This document shows positions 12,737 to 26,169 of a stretch of DNA of 64,000 bases, one piece after another. The stretch lies in the NCBI RefSeq assembly GCF_056746865.1, contig NZ_CM163382.1; one strand, 5' to 3'. A program made the translations under genes and the position numbers. A model generated the notes under the pieces. It had not been told where the DNA came from. It worked only from the letters and a program-made list of their open reading frames with translations, and ran no database searches. The stretch's first letter is position 1; each line of letters begins with the position of its first letter.

Positions 12737-12944
12737 AAAAAAAAAGCACCGCAATTAGGCGGTGCTACATTAATCACTATGGACAGACAGGGTAAATGTA
12801 CAGGAAGTGAAAAAAGGTAGCTTTGCTACCATGGTCTGAATCGCAGACCAATTGCAAACACAACAACACAACATCACAACCGTAAGCCAAAAGTTCACCA
12901 GAACACGCATTCCGATAAAACTTTTCGTTCCGGCTCAGGAAGTG
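12737..12944 (-). ncRNA. gcvB: GcvB small regulatory RNA
   Basis: Minus strand reads ACTTCCTGAGCCGGAACGAAAAGTTTTATCGGAATGCGTGTTCTGGTGAACTTTTGGCTTACGGTTGTGATGTTGTGTTGTTGTG... ending in hairpin GCACCGCCTAATTGCGGTGC plus T-run; GU-rich targeting region present; divergent from gcvA. Confidence 0.85.
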
Positions 12945-13071
12945 CCGCCACTATAGGTATTTGCTGGTAGAAGCTCAACGGACAATTTATAATGGCTCAG
13001 ATTAAAAAAACTAATAGGTTACACAGCGTGATCTAATTGTTAAATTCATTTAACATCAAAGTTTAAAAGCC
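12945..13071. promoter_or_regulatory. Divergent gcvB/gcvA promoter region (candidate gcvB -10 TATAGT and -35 TTGAGC on the minus strand; candidate gcvA -10 TATAAT at 12988-12993)
   Basis: Hexamers read directly from sequence; exact transcription starts not determined. Confidence 0.45.
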
Positions 13072-13989
13072 ATGTCTAAACGATTACCACCGCTAAATGC
13101 CTTACGAGTTTTTGATGCCGCAGCACGCCATTTAAGTTTCACTCGCGCAGCAGAAGAGCTTTTTGTGACCCAGGCCGCAGTAAGTCATCAAATCAAGTCT
13201 CTTGAGGATTTTTTGGGGCTAAAACTGTTCCGCCGCCGTAATCGTTCACTCCTGCTGACCGAGGAAGGGCAAAGCTATTTCCTCGATATCAAAGAGATAT
13301 TTTCGCAATTAACCGAAGCGACGCGTAAACTCCAGGCCCGTAGCGCCAAGGGGGCGTTGACGGTCAGTTTACTCCCCAGTTTCGCCATTCATTGGTTGGT
13401 TCCGCGACTTTCCAGCTTTAATTCAGCTTATCCGGGAATTGACGTTCGAATCCAGGCGGTTGATCGTCAGGAAGATAAGCTGGCGGATGATGTTGATGTG
13501 GCGATATTTTATGGTCGGGGCAACTGGCCGGGGCTACGGGTGGAAAAACTTTACGCCGAATATTTATTGCCGGTGTGTTCGCCGCTACTGCTGACTGGCG
13601 AAAAACCCTTGAAGACCCCGGAAGATCTGGCTAAACATACGTTATTACATGATGCGTCACGCCGTGACTGGCAGACATATACCCGACAGTTGGGGTTAAA
13701 TCATATCAACGTTCAGCAAGGGCCAATTTTTAGCCATAGCGCCATGGTGCTGCAAGCGGCTATCCACGGGCAGGGAGTGGCGCTGGCAAATAACGTGATG
13801 GCGCAATCTGAAATTGAGGCCGGACGTCTTGTTTGCCCGTTTAATGATGTTCTGGTCAGTAAAAACGCTTTTTATCTGGTTTGTCATGACAGCCAGGCAG
13901 AACTGGGTAAAATAGCCGCCTTTCGCCAATGGATCCTGGCGAAAGCCGCTGCTGAACAAGAAAAATTCCGCTTTCGTTATGAACAATAA
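13072..13989 (+). CDS. gcvA: LysR-family glycine cleavage system transcriptional activator
   Basis: 305-aa ORF with N-terminal LysR-type helix-turn-helix. Confidence 0.95.
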   Translation: MSKRLPPLNALRVFDAAARHLSFTRAAEELFVTQAAVSHQIKSLEDFLGLKLFRRRNRSLLLTEEGQSYFLDIKEIFSQLTEATRKLQARSAKGALTVSLLPSFAIHWLVPRLSSFNSAYPGIDVRIQAVDRQEDKLADDVDVAIFYGRGNWPGLRVEKLYAEYLLPVCSPLLLTGEKPLKTPEDLAKHTLLHDASRRDWQTYTRQLGLNHINVQQGPIFSHSAMVLQAAIHGQGVALANNVMAQSEIEAGRLVCPFNDVLVSKNAFYLVCHDSQAELGKIAAFRQWILAKAAAEQEKFRFRYEQ

Positions 13990-14007
13990 TTTACGTAGGG
14001 TACGACC

Positions 14008-14403
14008 ATGACCAGCCGTTTTATGCTGATTTTTGCCGCCATTAGCGGCTTCATTTTTGTGGCTCTGGGCGCTTTTGGCGCGCATGTGTTAAGTAAAACC
14101 ATGGGGGCCGTTGAGATGGGCTGGATCCAGACCGGTCTCGAATACCAGGCGTTCCACACGCTGGCGATCTTAGGTCTGGCGGTGGCAATGCAGCGTCGCA
14201 TCAGTATCTGGTTTTACTGGAGTAGCGTTTTCCTCGCGTTAGGCACGGTGCTGTTCAGCGGCAGCCTTTATTGCCTGGCGCTGTCCCATCTGCGTTTGTG
14301 GGCATTTGTCACACCGGTTGGCGGCGTGAGCTTCCTCGCGGGCTGGGCGTTAATGTTAGTTGGTGCTATCCGTTTAAAGCGCAAGGGCGTAAGTCATGAA
14401 TAA
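14008..14403 (+). CDS. ygdD: DUF423 inner membrane protein
   Basis: 131-aa hydrophobic ORF; stop overlaps the rlmM start by 8 nt. Confidence 0.85.
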
Positions 14404-15496
14404 GGTTGTATTGCTGTGCCGTCCGGGCTTTGAAAAAGAGTGCGCCGCAGAAATTACCGATAAAGCCGGCCAGCGGGAAATTTTCGGTTTTGCCCGCGTG
14501 AAAGAGAATGCGGGTTATGTCATTTATGAATGTTATCAACCTGATGATGGCGATAAGTTAATCCGTGAGCTGCCGTTCAGTTCATTAATTTTTGCCCGCC
14601 AGTGGTTTGTGGTGGGGGAACTCCTGCAGCATTTGCCGCCAGAAGATCGTATTACCCCCATTGTCGGCATGTTACAGGGTGTAGTAGAGAAGGGCGGTGA
14701 ACTGCGTGTTGAAGTTGCCGATACCAACGAAAGCAAAGAGTTGCTGAAATTCTGCCGTAAATTCACCGTGCCGCTACGCGCTGCCTTGCGCGATGCGGGT
14801 GTGCTGGCGAACTATGAAACGCCGAAGCGTCCGGTTGTGCATGTATTCTTTATTGCACCAGGCTGCTGCTATACCGGTTACTCATACAGCAACAATAATT
14901 CTCCGTTCTATATGGGCATTCCGCGCCTGAAATTTCCGGCAGATGCGCCGAGTCGTTCCACGCTCAAACTGGAAGAGGCATTTCATGTGTTTATTCCTGC
15001 GGATGAGTGGGATGAACGCCTGGCGAACGGGATGTGGGCGGTGGATTTAGGCGCTTGCCCAGGCGGCTGGACCTACCAACTGGTGAAGCGCAACATGTGG
15101 GTTTATTCCGTCGACAACGGCCCGATGGCGCAAAGTCTGATGGATACCGGACAGGTGACGTGGCTGCGGGAAGACGGTTTCAAATTCCGTCCGACACGCA
15201 GCAATATCTCCTGGATGGTATGCGATATGGTTGAAAAACCGGCGAAAGTTGCGGCATTGATGGCGCAGTGGCTGGTTAATGGCTGGTGCCGTGAAACCAT
15301 TTTCAACCTCAAACTGCCGATGAAAAAACGCTACGAAGAAGTGTCACACAATCTGGCGTATATTCAGGCACAGCTTGATGAACATGGCATAAATGCTCAG
15401 ATTCAGGCGCGGCAGTTGTATCACGATCGCGAAGAAGTGACGGTGCACGTCCGCCGCATCTGGGCTGCGGTGGGTGGTCGTCGCGACGAGCGATAA
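14396..15496 (+). CDS. rlmM: 23S rRNA 2'-O-ribose methyltransferase RlmM
   Basis: 366-aa ORF; synteny ygdD-rlmM-fucR. Confidence 0.9.
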
Positions 15497-15502
15497 CAGG
15501 CA

Positions 15503-15526
15503 AGGCCGGGGCGTCGTCTCCGGCCT
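15503..15526. terminator. GC-rich hairpin between convergent rlmM and fucR
   Basis: aggccgg ... ccggcct inverted repeat; no clear T-run. Confidence 0.3.
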
Positions 15527-15539
15527 GCTACCCTTTCCG

Positions 15540-16271
15540 TCAGGCTGTTACCAAAGAAGTTGCAACCTGGCGCTCATCAGAAATAATGTGCGTTACCTCA
15601 TCCAGATGCCCGATGCGGGCTTCCCCTGAACGATTAAATTTACTTTTATCAATCAATAACAACGATTGCGCGGCACGTTTTAATAGCATCGATTTGTAAT
15701 CAGCGTTGATGGCATTGGAGTCCCACAGTGCGCCGCTGCTATCGATCCCTTCACAAGAAAAAATAAACAGATCGATTTCCAGCGATTTAAGTTGGGAAAT
15801 CAGCGAGGGATTGACGTAACAGCCATATTTGCGCTCAAGTGTGCCACCGGAACTGATCAGTTGAATGCGTTCGCGTTTACCGAGTTCATGGCAAATCGGA
15901 TGGCTATTGGTGAAGACCTGAATGTTGATGTCAGGCAACTGGCGTGCCAGATACCAGCAAGTTGAACTGGCGTCTAAGGCTATCACCATCCCTTCTTCAA
16001 TCCACGCGAGCGCCTCGCGCGCGATATCTGCTTTATGCGCATAATGGCTTTTCAGCCGGATGTGAAAGGGATCGCCACTGTCTTGATTTTGACGGTGGAT
16101 ATATTTAGCGCGCCCATGATTGCGCAGAATTTTACCCTGCGTCTGTAATTCATTGAGATCGCGACGAATGGTTTCTTTACTGACCTTTAGCTGTTCAGAG
16201 AGAGCTTCCGTGGTCAGGCTGGTATGGTTCAGCAGCAGGTCGACTATCGCTTGCTGGCGTGCCGCTTTCAT
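15540..16271 (-). CDS. fucR: DeoR-family L-fucose operon activator
   Basis: Track ORF 15540..16280; start taken at MKAARQQ (243 aa); DeoR helix-turn-helix plus sugar-binding domain. Confidence 0.9.
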   Translation of the reverse strand: MKAARQQAIVDLLLNHTSLTTEALSEQLKVSKETIRRDLNELQTQGKILRNHGRAKYIHRQNQDSGDPFHIRLKSHYAHKADIAREALAWIEEGMVIALDASSTCWYLARQLPDINIQVFTNSHPICHELGKRERIQLISSGGTLERKYGCYVNPSLISQLKSLEIDLFIFSCEGIDSSGALWDSNAINADYKSMLLKRAAQSLLLIDKSKFNRSGEARIGHLDEVTHIISDERQVATSLVTA

Positions 16272-16328
16272 AATTTTCACCCCATCATTCGATAACCGCC
16301 CGCGTCATGCGGGCGTACCGGTATGAGA

Positions 16329-16751
16329 TTACGGTGTTACCCCTTTTTTTAAAAGAATATTCCCGTACTTCGCTCGTTCGCCTGTGATAACGATCGCAAA
16401 GGCTTTTTGCGCCCGTTCATAAAACGCAAAACGATTGATGCGGATGATGTCAGGACAGGGGGCTTGTAGTGAAAGCGCATTACGATAACGTCGTTCTACT
16501 TCAGGATCGAGAGTGTCACCTTCTACCGCCGCCATCATCACCAGCGGCGGGGCATAACTGTCCAGTTCAAATAACGGGATAATCGCCTGGAGCAAGTCGC
16601 TCACCAACAGGCCATCAGCGCGGATCACCTGCGGTCCCATCGAATGGGCGGGAAAGTGAGCATCGGAAAAAATAATTTCATCTCCATGTCCCATCTCTGC
16701 CAGCACTTTCAATAGTTCGGGAGAAATTAACGGCGAAATTGTTTTCAGCAT
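16329..16751 (-). CDS. fucU: L-fucose mutarotase (RbsD/FucU family)
   Basis: 140-aa ORF, conserved position in the fuc operon. Confidence 0.9.
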
Positions 16752-16752
16752 T

Positions 16753-18201
16753 TCACACTTCCTCTATAAATTCAGGTTCAGTTTGCGGGTAGAAATAACG
16801 GTACTGATAATGAATCTGTGCGCGGGCTTCTTCCGGGCTGTTAAATTCCCCTACGCCATACCAACCGAACAGCGCAGCTCCTGCGACGGTCGTTTCTGCG
16901 TCGTCGAGAACTTTTACCGGAATATCAAGCATATTGGCTTTAATCTGATTCCACAATGTGTTGCGACTTCCTCCGCCGACTAACAATAATTCAGAGGCTT
17001 TAAAGTGCCCGATTTTTTCCAGCATCTGTAGATTGCGCTGTAATTGCGCGGTTAACCCTTCCAGCGCCGCGCGGTAGAAATGCCCCCGCGTGGTATTAAG
17101 CGTCACTCCTTGCCAGCCAGCGTTCTGACACGACAATAAATCACACTGCATTTTCACGCCATCCGCGCCAGGTGCGATCAGACGAGCCTCTTCAATCAAC
17201 ATTTGCCAGGGAGTTTCAGCCGTCCAGAACAGTTTTCTCACCCATTCCAGCACGCCGGATGCCAGCCATTGCATACCTGGGTTATACAACCCTGCCTGAC
17301 TATCCAGTTCGCAGGTGGAACCGGCATACTGACTTAACAGCGAAGTATCAACCTGGGCGCTACGGACCATTAAAATTTCCCATGTACCGGAAGAGAGCAC
17401 GGGTTCATTTTGGTCGGCACCAGCGCCAAAAAGGGCGAACTGGGTATCGTGACCTGCGGAAATCACCGGTATGCCAACGGGTAAGCCGAGCATTGCTGCG
17501 GCGCTGTTCTGTAACGTACCAATCTGTTCACCCGCTTCCACCAGACGAGGGAAGAGTCGGCGTGGAATACCGGTGGCTTGTAAAATTTGCGGACTGAAAT
17601 CGCGTTGCTGGATATCCAGCATCTGGCTGGTTCCGGCCATCGTGATATCAGTAGTGAATTCGCCGGTTAAACGGTGGTTAATCAGCGACGAAATAAAGAG
17701 CCAGGCGTGCGCGCGTTCCAGCAGTTGTGGATGATTTTCTTTCAACCACACCAACTTATATAACGTATTGAAACTAAAGGCTCCGACGCCAGAAATAGCC
17801 TGCAACTGCTGTGCGGAGATCAACCGTTCAATATTGTCCATTACCGCTGCTGTTCGCGGACATTTCCAGCTAATGATCGGATAGAGCAGATTGCCTTGCT
17901 TATCTACCAGAGCGCCATCCACACCAAAGGTGGTGACGGCGATACCGCGGATGTGGCAATCAGTCAGTTCACTATTGATTTGCCGACAGCAATCAGCAAA
18001 GCGTTGCAAAATGGCGTCTAAAGACCACTGGTGCCAGGTGTTGTTTTCCATCGCGATATCGCTGGCATTAGGCGTTGAGGCGCGGGCAACAATTTTTCCC
18101 TGCCGATTAACCGCGATGGCCCTGACATTGGTCGCGCCACAGTCGAGTACCAGGATAACTTCTTGTTTCATAATCGCTCCTGCAATATAGCCGGATAACA
18201 T
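16753..18201 (-). CDS. fucK: L-fuculokinase (FGGY kinase); an alternative start at 18171 ([12 protein letters not shown]) gives 472 aa
   Basis: 482-aa track ORF; FGGY carbohydrate kinase motifs. Confidence 0.9.
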
Positions 18202-18279
18202 TGTTTATCCGGCTAACCACTCTTGCTTGTTCAGGCCCGGTAGCCGGAGCGACCGGGCATCACATCAGGGAGTAATGTA

Positions 18280-20055
18280 TTAACGCTTGTACAACGGGCC
18301 GTAGTTCTGGCAAGCGCGGTAATCCTGGCCTTCAATATCCATGCCGTGCGCGGCCCAGGCAGAAGGACGATACACTTTGGTCTCTTCAACGTTGTGCATA
18401 CATACCGGGATACGCAGCATGGAGGCAAGAGTGATAAAGTCTGCGCCAACGTGGCCGATGGTCAGAACCCCGTGGTTAGCACCCCAGTTCGCCATTACCG
18501 AGTACACATCCGTAAACGGCCCTTTACCGGTGAGGCGCGGTGCAAACCAGGTGGTTGGCCAGGTTGAGTTGGTGCGTTTGTTGAGGATGTCATGCACATC
18601 CTTCGGCAATTCCACGCTCCAGCCTTCCGCGATTTGCAGTACCGGTCCCAGGCCTTTGATGATGTTGACTCGAGTCATAGTGAACGGGACGCCGCCTTCG
18701 GTAAGGAAGCGAGAAGAGTAACCGCCGCCACGGAAGTATTCGTGGATCGCCGGGCACCATTCGGTAGCGGCGAGGCAAGCGTCAGCCTCTTGCTGAGAGA
18801 TTTCCCAGTGCGGCTTCATCGTCGGGTTACCTTCGCTGTCGCGTTGTTTACAGGAACCGTCCAGCGCAGCAGAACCGGAGTTGATCAAATGGATGATGCC
18901 GTGTTCTGCCAGTCCGTCCAGTTTATGCCCCGTTACACGCTCAATTGCTTCTGGTGACCAGTAGGTACGCACATCGGCAAATACCTGAGCGGTACCAGTG
19001 AGCTGGTGGCCCATTAGCATTGCCACGCCGTTAAGACTGTCGTTTTCGGTCGCCACGACAAAGGGTTCGCGCACGCCATTCCAGTCAAATGAACTGTTAA
19101 GGATCGCTTCGGCGGTGTCGCCATTGGGATATTGATCGGTCCAGTGACGTTGTCCCTGGAAGCCCGCAGCGATGGCGTTGTAGCCAAGTGATTCTTCCAC
19201 GCGACCAATATCGGTCAGTTTGCTGTTGCCTTGCATCATGTCGCGGATACACATCGCCATCAGTAAACTTTCGCGCAGAACTGCGCGGCTTTGCTCGGCA
19301 TTGCGTTGATACTGTTTGTTATTTTCATCTTCGCCATAGCGGAAGTTTTTATCAGCCCAGGCCAGCGCCATTTCCAGTTCGGCTTCGTCGTAAATCTTCT
19401 GATCGATACGGCGACGCAGTTCGGTCATATCCACCGCCTGGACTTTCATTCCCAGCCAGGATTCAAAGAAGTTGTGATCAACAATGGAACCGGCGATACC
19501 CATCGAAACGCCGCCCAGCGACAGATAGCTTTTACCTTTCATGCTGGCGACGGCCAAACCGGCGCGGGCAAAGCGCAGCAGTTTTTCTTCAACATCAGCA
19601 GGAATCGATGTGTCATCGGCATCCTGAACGTCATGACCGTAAATGGAGAATGCCGGGATGCCTTTCTGGCTGTGAGCTGCCAGAGCCGCTGCCAGGTAAA
19701 CAGCGCCGGGACGTTCAGTGCCGTTAAAGCCCCAAATGGCTTTCGGGCGGGTTGGATCCATGTCGATGGTTTCACTGCCATAGCACCAGCAAGGCGTTAC
19801 CGTAATGGTGAGGCCTACATTCTGACTGCTGAATTTTTCTTCGCAAGCAGCGGCTTCAGCCATACCCGCGATACAGGTATCGGAAATGACACACTCGACG
19901 GCAGCTCCGCAGGCATGGCGCAGTTTCTCGGTCAGCAGTGCGGCCGTGGCTTTCGCCATATTCATTGTTTGTTCTTCAAGCGACTCACGAACACCCATGC
20001 GACGACCGTCAATAACCGGGCGGATACCAATTTTCGGTAAGCTGATTTTTTTCAT
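18280..20055 (-). CDS. fucI: L-fucose isomerase
   Basis: 591-aa ORF recognised as FucI. Confidence 0.95.
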   Translation of the reverse strand: MKKISLPKIGIRPVIDGRRMGVRESLEEQTMNMAKATAALLTEKLRHACGAAVECVISDTCIAGMAEAAACEEKFSSQNVGLTITVTPCWCYGSETIDMDPTRPKAIWGFNGTERPGAVYLAAALAAHSQKGIPAFSIYGHDVQDADDTSIPADVEEKLLRFARAGLAVASMKGKSYLSLGGVSMGIAGSIVDHNFFESWLGMKVQAVDMTELRRRIDQKIYDEAELEMALAWADKNFRYGEDENNKQYQRNAEQSRAVLRESLLMAMCIRDMMQGNSKLTDIGRVEESLGYNAIAAGFQGQRHWTDQYPNGDTAEAILNSSFDWNGVREPFVVATENDSLNGVAMLMGHQLTGTAQVFADVRTYWSPEAIERVTGHKLDGLAEHGIIHLINSGSAALDGSCKQRDSEGNPTMKPHWEISQQEADACLAATEWCPAIHEYFRGGGYSSRFLTEGGVPFTMTRVNIIKGLGPVLQIAEGWSVELPKDVHDILNKRTNSTWPTTWFAPRLTGKGPFTDVYSVMANWGANHGVLTIGHVGADFITLASMLRIPVCMHNVEETKVYRPSAWAAHGMDIEGQDYRACQNYGPLYKR

Positions 20056-20087
20056 TACTGATTCCTCACTTTATTCGGAAAATATGT

Positions 20088-21404
20088 TCAGTTAGTTGCC
20101 GTTTGAGAACGGAAACGGGCAAAGATAAAGATGACTGCGAAGCAGAGTGCCGGGATCAGTTCGGCAGTGGGGATGTTGCCCGCTGCGTCACTGACAAACC
20201 CCATGACCGGAGTGACAATACCGCCGCCAATAATGGTCATAACGATGAAGGACGAACCGTATTTGGTGTCCTGGCCGAGATTTTTAATGCCCAGCGAGAA
20301 GATTGTTGGGTACTGAATCGACATAAAGGCACTGCATAAAGTCAGGGCTATTAAGCCCACATGACCGCCAGCGAAGGCTGAGATCAGGCACAGTGCCATA
20401 GCGATTAATGCGTAGGCGGCCAGGACTTTGTGTGGTGCGAAGCGACTGATGAGCCAGGTACCGGTGAAACGACCAATAAAGAAGCACACCATGGTTCCGG
20501 TTAAATAGTTAGCGGCAAAGCCTGCAGTCATACCTGGAATTTCTTCTACAGCGTAGCGAATCAAATAGCTCCAGCAGGCCGTTTGTGCGCCGACATAGCA
20601 GAATTGCGCTAATACCGCCCAGCGCCAGTGACGAATACGCGCCAGACGAGAAAGCGATGCGGAGAACGATCCTTGTTTGGCGTCACTGTGATTATCACTC
20701 TGCAATGCCGGGAATTTCGTCAGCATGATCAGCAGGGCGACCAGTAACACGATAGCCACGATGATCATATAAGGTGTCTGTACCGATAATACCAGGCTGT
20801 GTTTATACGCACTCAATTGCTCTGGAGACATTTTATCGAGAACGTCTTGCGATTGATGTGGCACGTTAGACAAAATAAGACTTTGCCCAAAGACAACCGC
20901 GATAATTGCGCCAAATGAGTTAAATGTTTGCGCAAGATTTAAGCGGAAGTGACCACTGCTTTCCGGCCCTAATACCGTAACAAAAGGGTTTGCGGCAGTT
21001 TCCAGACAACCTAATCCGGCTGCAATAATAAATAGGCCAACTAAAAATAAGGTGTAGTTCATTATTTCTGCAGCGGGCCAGAATAATGCAGCGCCCAAGG
21101 CATATAAAAATAATCCGGTAATAATCCCTGCTTTATAACTGAGTTTTTTCATCAATATCCCAGCAGGGATTGGGATAATGAAATAACCAAAGTAAAAGGC
21201 CGATTGGATCAGGCCAGCCTGGAAATTTGTCAGCGTAAAAGCCTGCTGGAATTGAGGTAATAAAATGTCGTTAAGGTTATTGGCTACCGCCCAAAGAAAA
21301 AACAGTGAGCACAGCAGCGCGAATGGAATAATGTAACTTCTGCTTTGCCCTGCATCTTTATCTACCGCACGGTAACTCTGCGTTTGTATTGATGTGTTTC
21401 CCAT
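20088..21404 (-). CDS. fucP: L-fucose:H+ symporter (MFS)
   Basis: 438-aa polytopic membrane ORF. Confidence 0.95.
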   Translation of the reverse strand: MGNTSIQTQSYRAVDKDAGQSRSYIIPFALLCSLFFLWAVANNLNDILLPQFQQAFTLTNFQAGLIQSAFYFGYFIIPIPAGILMKKLSYKAGIITGLFLYALGAALFWPAAEIMNYTLFLVGLFIIAAGLGCLETAANPFVTVLGPESSGHFRLNLAQTFNSFGAIIAVVFGQSLILSNVPHQSQDVLDKMSPEQLSAYKHSLVLSVQTPYMIIVAIVLLVALLIMLTKFPALQSDNHSDAKQGSFSASLSRLARIRHWRWAVLAQFCYVGAQTACWSYLIRYAVEEIPGMTAGFAANYLTGTMVCFFIGRFTGTWLISRFAPHKVLAAYALIAMALCLISAFAGGHVGLIALTLCSAFMSIQYPTIFSLGIKNLGQDTKYGSSFIVMTIIGGGIVTPVMGFVSDAAGNIPTAELIPALCFAVIFIFARFRSQTATN

Positions 21405-21593
21405 AGCATCCTCTTAGGTTCAGAAGCTTAAGCACGTAATCGGTTATGTTTTCAAAAGTGCAAAACCAGCGAGTTCGGGCTTCATATCAGTGAATATTTG
21501 CCTGTCAGAAATGAACTCATGGATTCATTTTCAAATAAAAAACGCTCTGTAATATGACGGCGGTCACACTTATTAGCTGGGAGGTGACTTTAT

Positions 21594-21609
21594 GTGACTA
21601 CCATCACTT
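21594..21609. promoter_or_regulatory. Candidate CRP site in the divergent fucPIKUR / fucAO control region
   Basis: TGTGActaccaTCACT matches TGTGA-N6-TCACA at 9 of 10 positions; the fuc promoters are known to be CRP-dependent. Confidence 0.35.
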
Positions 21610-21950
21610 TAATAATCGAAATTTCATGCCCGTTTCAGAAAATAAATCATAAAAAACACAAACCCGATGACCGTATTAATTGTTTGTGCCGAAAACGGGC
21701 ATTTCTGGCGAGGGGGAATGGAAAAATGACCGTTTTGATAAATATTTTTAAGAGCGGTCATTTTTAATAGGGTTATAAAAAGAGAACTTGCAGTTATTTA
21801 CTATGATTAGTTGAACCAGGTCACAAAATATAAGCTTGTGAATTTCTTTCTGGTTAATCAGGAAGAAGATGGTGGGTAATTAAACGGCTAATTCAATAGT
21901 GTGAAAGGAACAACATTATTGCCCTGTTTTGAATCAGAGAGAGGTAGCTA

Positions 21951-22598
21951 ATGGAACGAAATAAACTTGCTCGTCAGATTATTGACACTTGCCTGGAAAT
22001 GACCCGCCTGGGACTGAACCAGGGGACAGCGGGTAACGTCAGTGTACGTTATCAGGATGGGATGCTGATTACGCCTACAGGTATTCCATATGAAAAACTG
22101 ACGGAGTCGCATATTGTCTTTATTGATGGCAACGGTAAACATGAGGAAGGAAAGCTCCCCTCAAGCGAATGGCGTTTCCATATGGCGGCCTATCAAAGCA
22201 GACCGGATGCCAACGCGGTTGTTCACAATCATGCCGTTCATTGCACAGCAGTTTCCATTCTTAACCGACCGATCCCCGCTATTCACTACATGATTGCGGC
22301 GGCTGGCGGTAATTCTATTCCTTGCGCGCCTTATGCGACCTTTGGAACACGCGAACTTTCTGAACATGTTGCGCTGGCTCTCAAAAATCGTAAGGCAACT
22401 TTGTTACAACATCATGGGCTTATCGCTTGTGAGGTGAATCTGGAAAAAGCGTTATGGCTGGCGCATGAAGTTGAAGTGCTGGCGCAACTTTACCTGACGA
22501 CCCTGGCGATTACGGACCCGGTGCCAGTGCTGAGCGATGAAGAGATTGCCGTAGTGCTGGAGAAATTCAAAACCTATGGGTTACGGATTGAAGAGTAA
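21951..22598 (+). CDS. fucA: L-fuculose-phosphate aldolase (class II)
   Basis: 215-aa ORF. Confidence 0.95.
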   Translation: MERNKLARQIIDTCLEMTRLGLNQGTAGNVSVRYQDGMLITPTGIPYEKLTESHIVFIDGNGKHEEGKLPSSEWRFHMAAYQSRPDANAVVHNHAVHCTAVSILNRPIPAIHYMIAAAGGNSIPCAPYATFGTRELSEHVALALKNRKATLLQHHGLIACEVNLEKALWLAHEVEVLAQLYLTTLAITDPVPVLSDEEIAVVLEKFKTYGLRIEE

Positions 22599-22622
22599 TT
22601 TCGTAAAGCAACAAGGAGAAGG

Positions 22623-23774
22623 ATGATGGCTAACAGAATGATTCTGAACGAAACGGCATGGTTTGGTCGGGGTGCTGTTGGGGCTTTAACCGATGAGGTG
22701 AAACGCCGTGGTTATCAGAAGGCGCTGATCGTCACCGATAAAACGCTGGTGCAATGCGGCGTGGTGGCGAAAGTGACCGATAAGATGGATGCTGCAGGGC
22801 TGGCATGGGCGATTTACGACGGCGTAGTGCCCAACCCAACAATTACTGTCGTCAAAGAAGGGCTCGGTGTATTCCAGAATAGCGGCGCGGATTACCTGAT
22901 CGCTATTGGTGGTGGTTCTCCACAGGATACTTGTAAAGCGATTGGCATTATCAGCAACAACCCGGAGTTTGCCGATGTGCGTAGCCTGGAAGGACTTTCC
23001 CCGACCAATAAACCTAGTGTACCGATTCTGGCAATCCCCACCACAGCAGGCACTGCGGCAGAAGTGACCATTAACTACGTGATCACTGACGAAGAAAAAC
23101 GGCGCAAGTTTGTTTGCGTTGATCCGCATGATATCCCGCAGGTGGCGTTTATTGACGCTGACATGATGGATGGTATGCCTCCAGCGCTGAAAGCTGCGAC
23201 GGGTGTCGATGCGCTCACTCATGCTATTGAGGGGTATATTACCCGTGGCGCGTGGGCGCTAACCGATGCACTGCACATTAAAGCGATTGAAATCATTGCT
23301 GGGGCGCTGCGAGGATCGGTTGCTGGTGATAAGGATGCCGGAGAAGAAATGGCGCTCGGGCAGTATGTTGCGGGTATGGGCTTCTCGAATGTTGGGTTAG
23401 GGTTGGTGCATGGTATGGCGCATCCACTGGGCGCGTTTTATAACACTCCACACGGTGTTGCGAACGCCATCCTGTTACCGCATGTCATGCGCTATAACGC
23501 TGACTTTACCGGTGAGAAGTACCGCGATATCGCGCGCGTTATGGGCGTGAAAGTGGAAGGTATGAGCCTGGAAGAGGCGCGTAATGCCGCTGTTGAAGCG
23601 GTGTTTGCTCTCAACCGTGATGTCGGTATTCCGCCACATTTGCGTGACGTTGGTGTACGCAAGGAAGACATTCCGGCACTGGCGCAGGCGGCGCTTGATG
23701 ACGTTTGTACCGGTGGCAACCCGCGCGAAGCAACGCTTGAGGATATTGTAGAGCTTTACCATACCGCCTGGTAA
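22623..23774 (+). CDS. fucO: Lactaldehyde reductase / propanediol oxidoreductase (iron-type alcohol dehydrogenase); start could be 22623 or 22626
   Basis: 383-aa ORF; Fe-ADH family. Confidence 0.95.
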   Translation: MMANRMILNETAWFGRGAVGALTDEVKRRGYQKALIVTDKTLVQCGVVAKVTDKMDAAGLAWAIYDGVVPNPTITVVKEGLGVFQNSGADYLIAIGGGSPQDTCKAIGIISNNPEFADVRSLEGLSPTNKPSVPILAIPTTAGTAAEVTINYVITDEEKRRKFVCVDPHDIPQVAFIDADMMDGMPPALKAATGVDALTHAIEGYITRGAWALTDALHIKAIEIIAGALRGSVAGDKDAGEEMALGQYVAGMGFSNVGLGLVHGMAHPLGAFYNTPHGVANAILLPHVMRYNADFTGEKYRDIARVMGVKVEGMSLEEARNAAVEAVFALNRDVGIPPHLRDVGVRKEDIPALAQAALDDVCTGGNPREATLEDIVELYHTAW

Positions 23775-23792
23775 ATGCGCTGATGTGATAAT

Positions 23793-23826
23793 GCCGGATG
23801 CGACGCTAGCTGCGTCTTATCCGGCG
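23793..23826. repeat. REP element
   Basis: gccggatgcgacgctagctgcgtcttatccggcg palindrome between fucO and xni. Confidence 0.5.
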
Positions 23827-23878
23827 TATAAGTTCATTAAATTCAATGTGTTGATAATCGTTTGCATCCGGCACGCCG

Positions 23879-26112
<2,234 letters not shown>

Positions 26113-26169
26113 AGGAAATACATCGCGTTAAAACGGAGGAAGCGCCGCCCGAAAGCGGCGCGAAAGGAC

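Noticed and set aside
19291-20040. 249-aa plus-strand ORF, plus 19188..19727
   Set aside because: Antisense to fucI.
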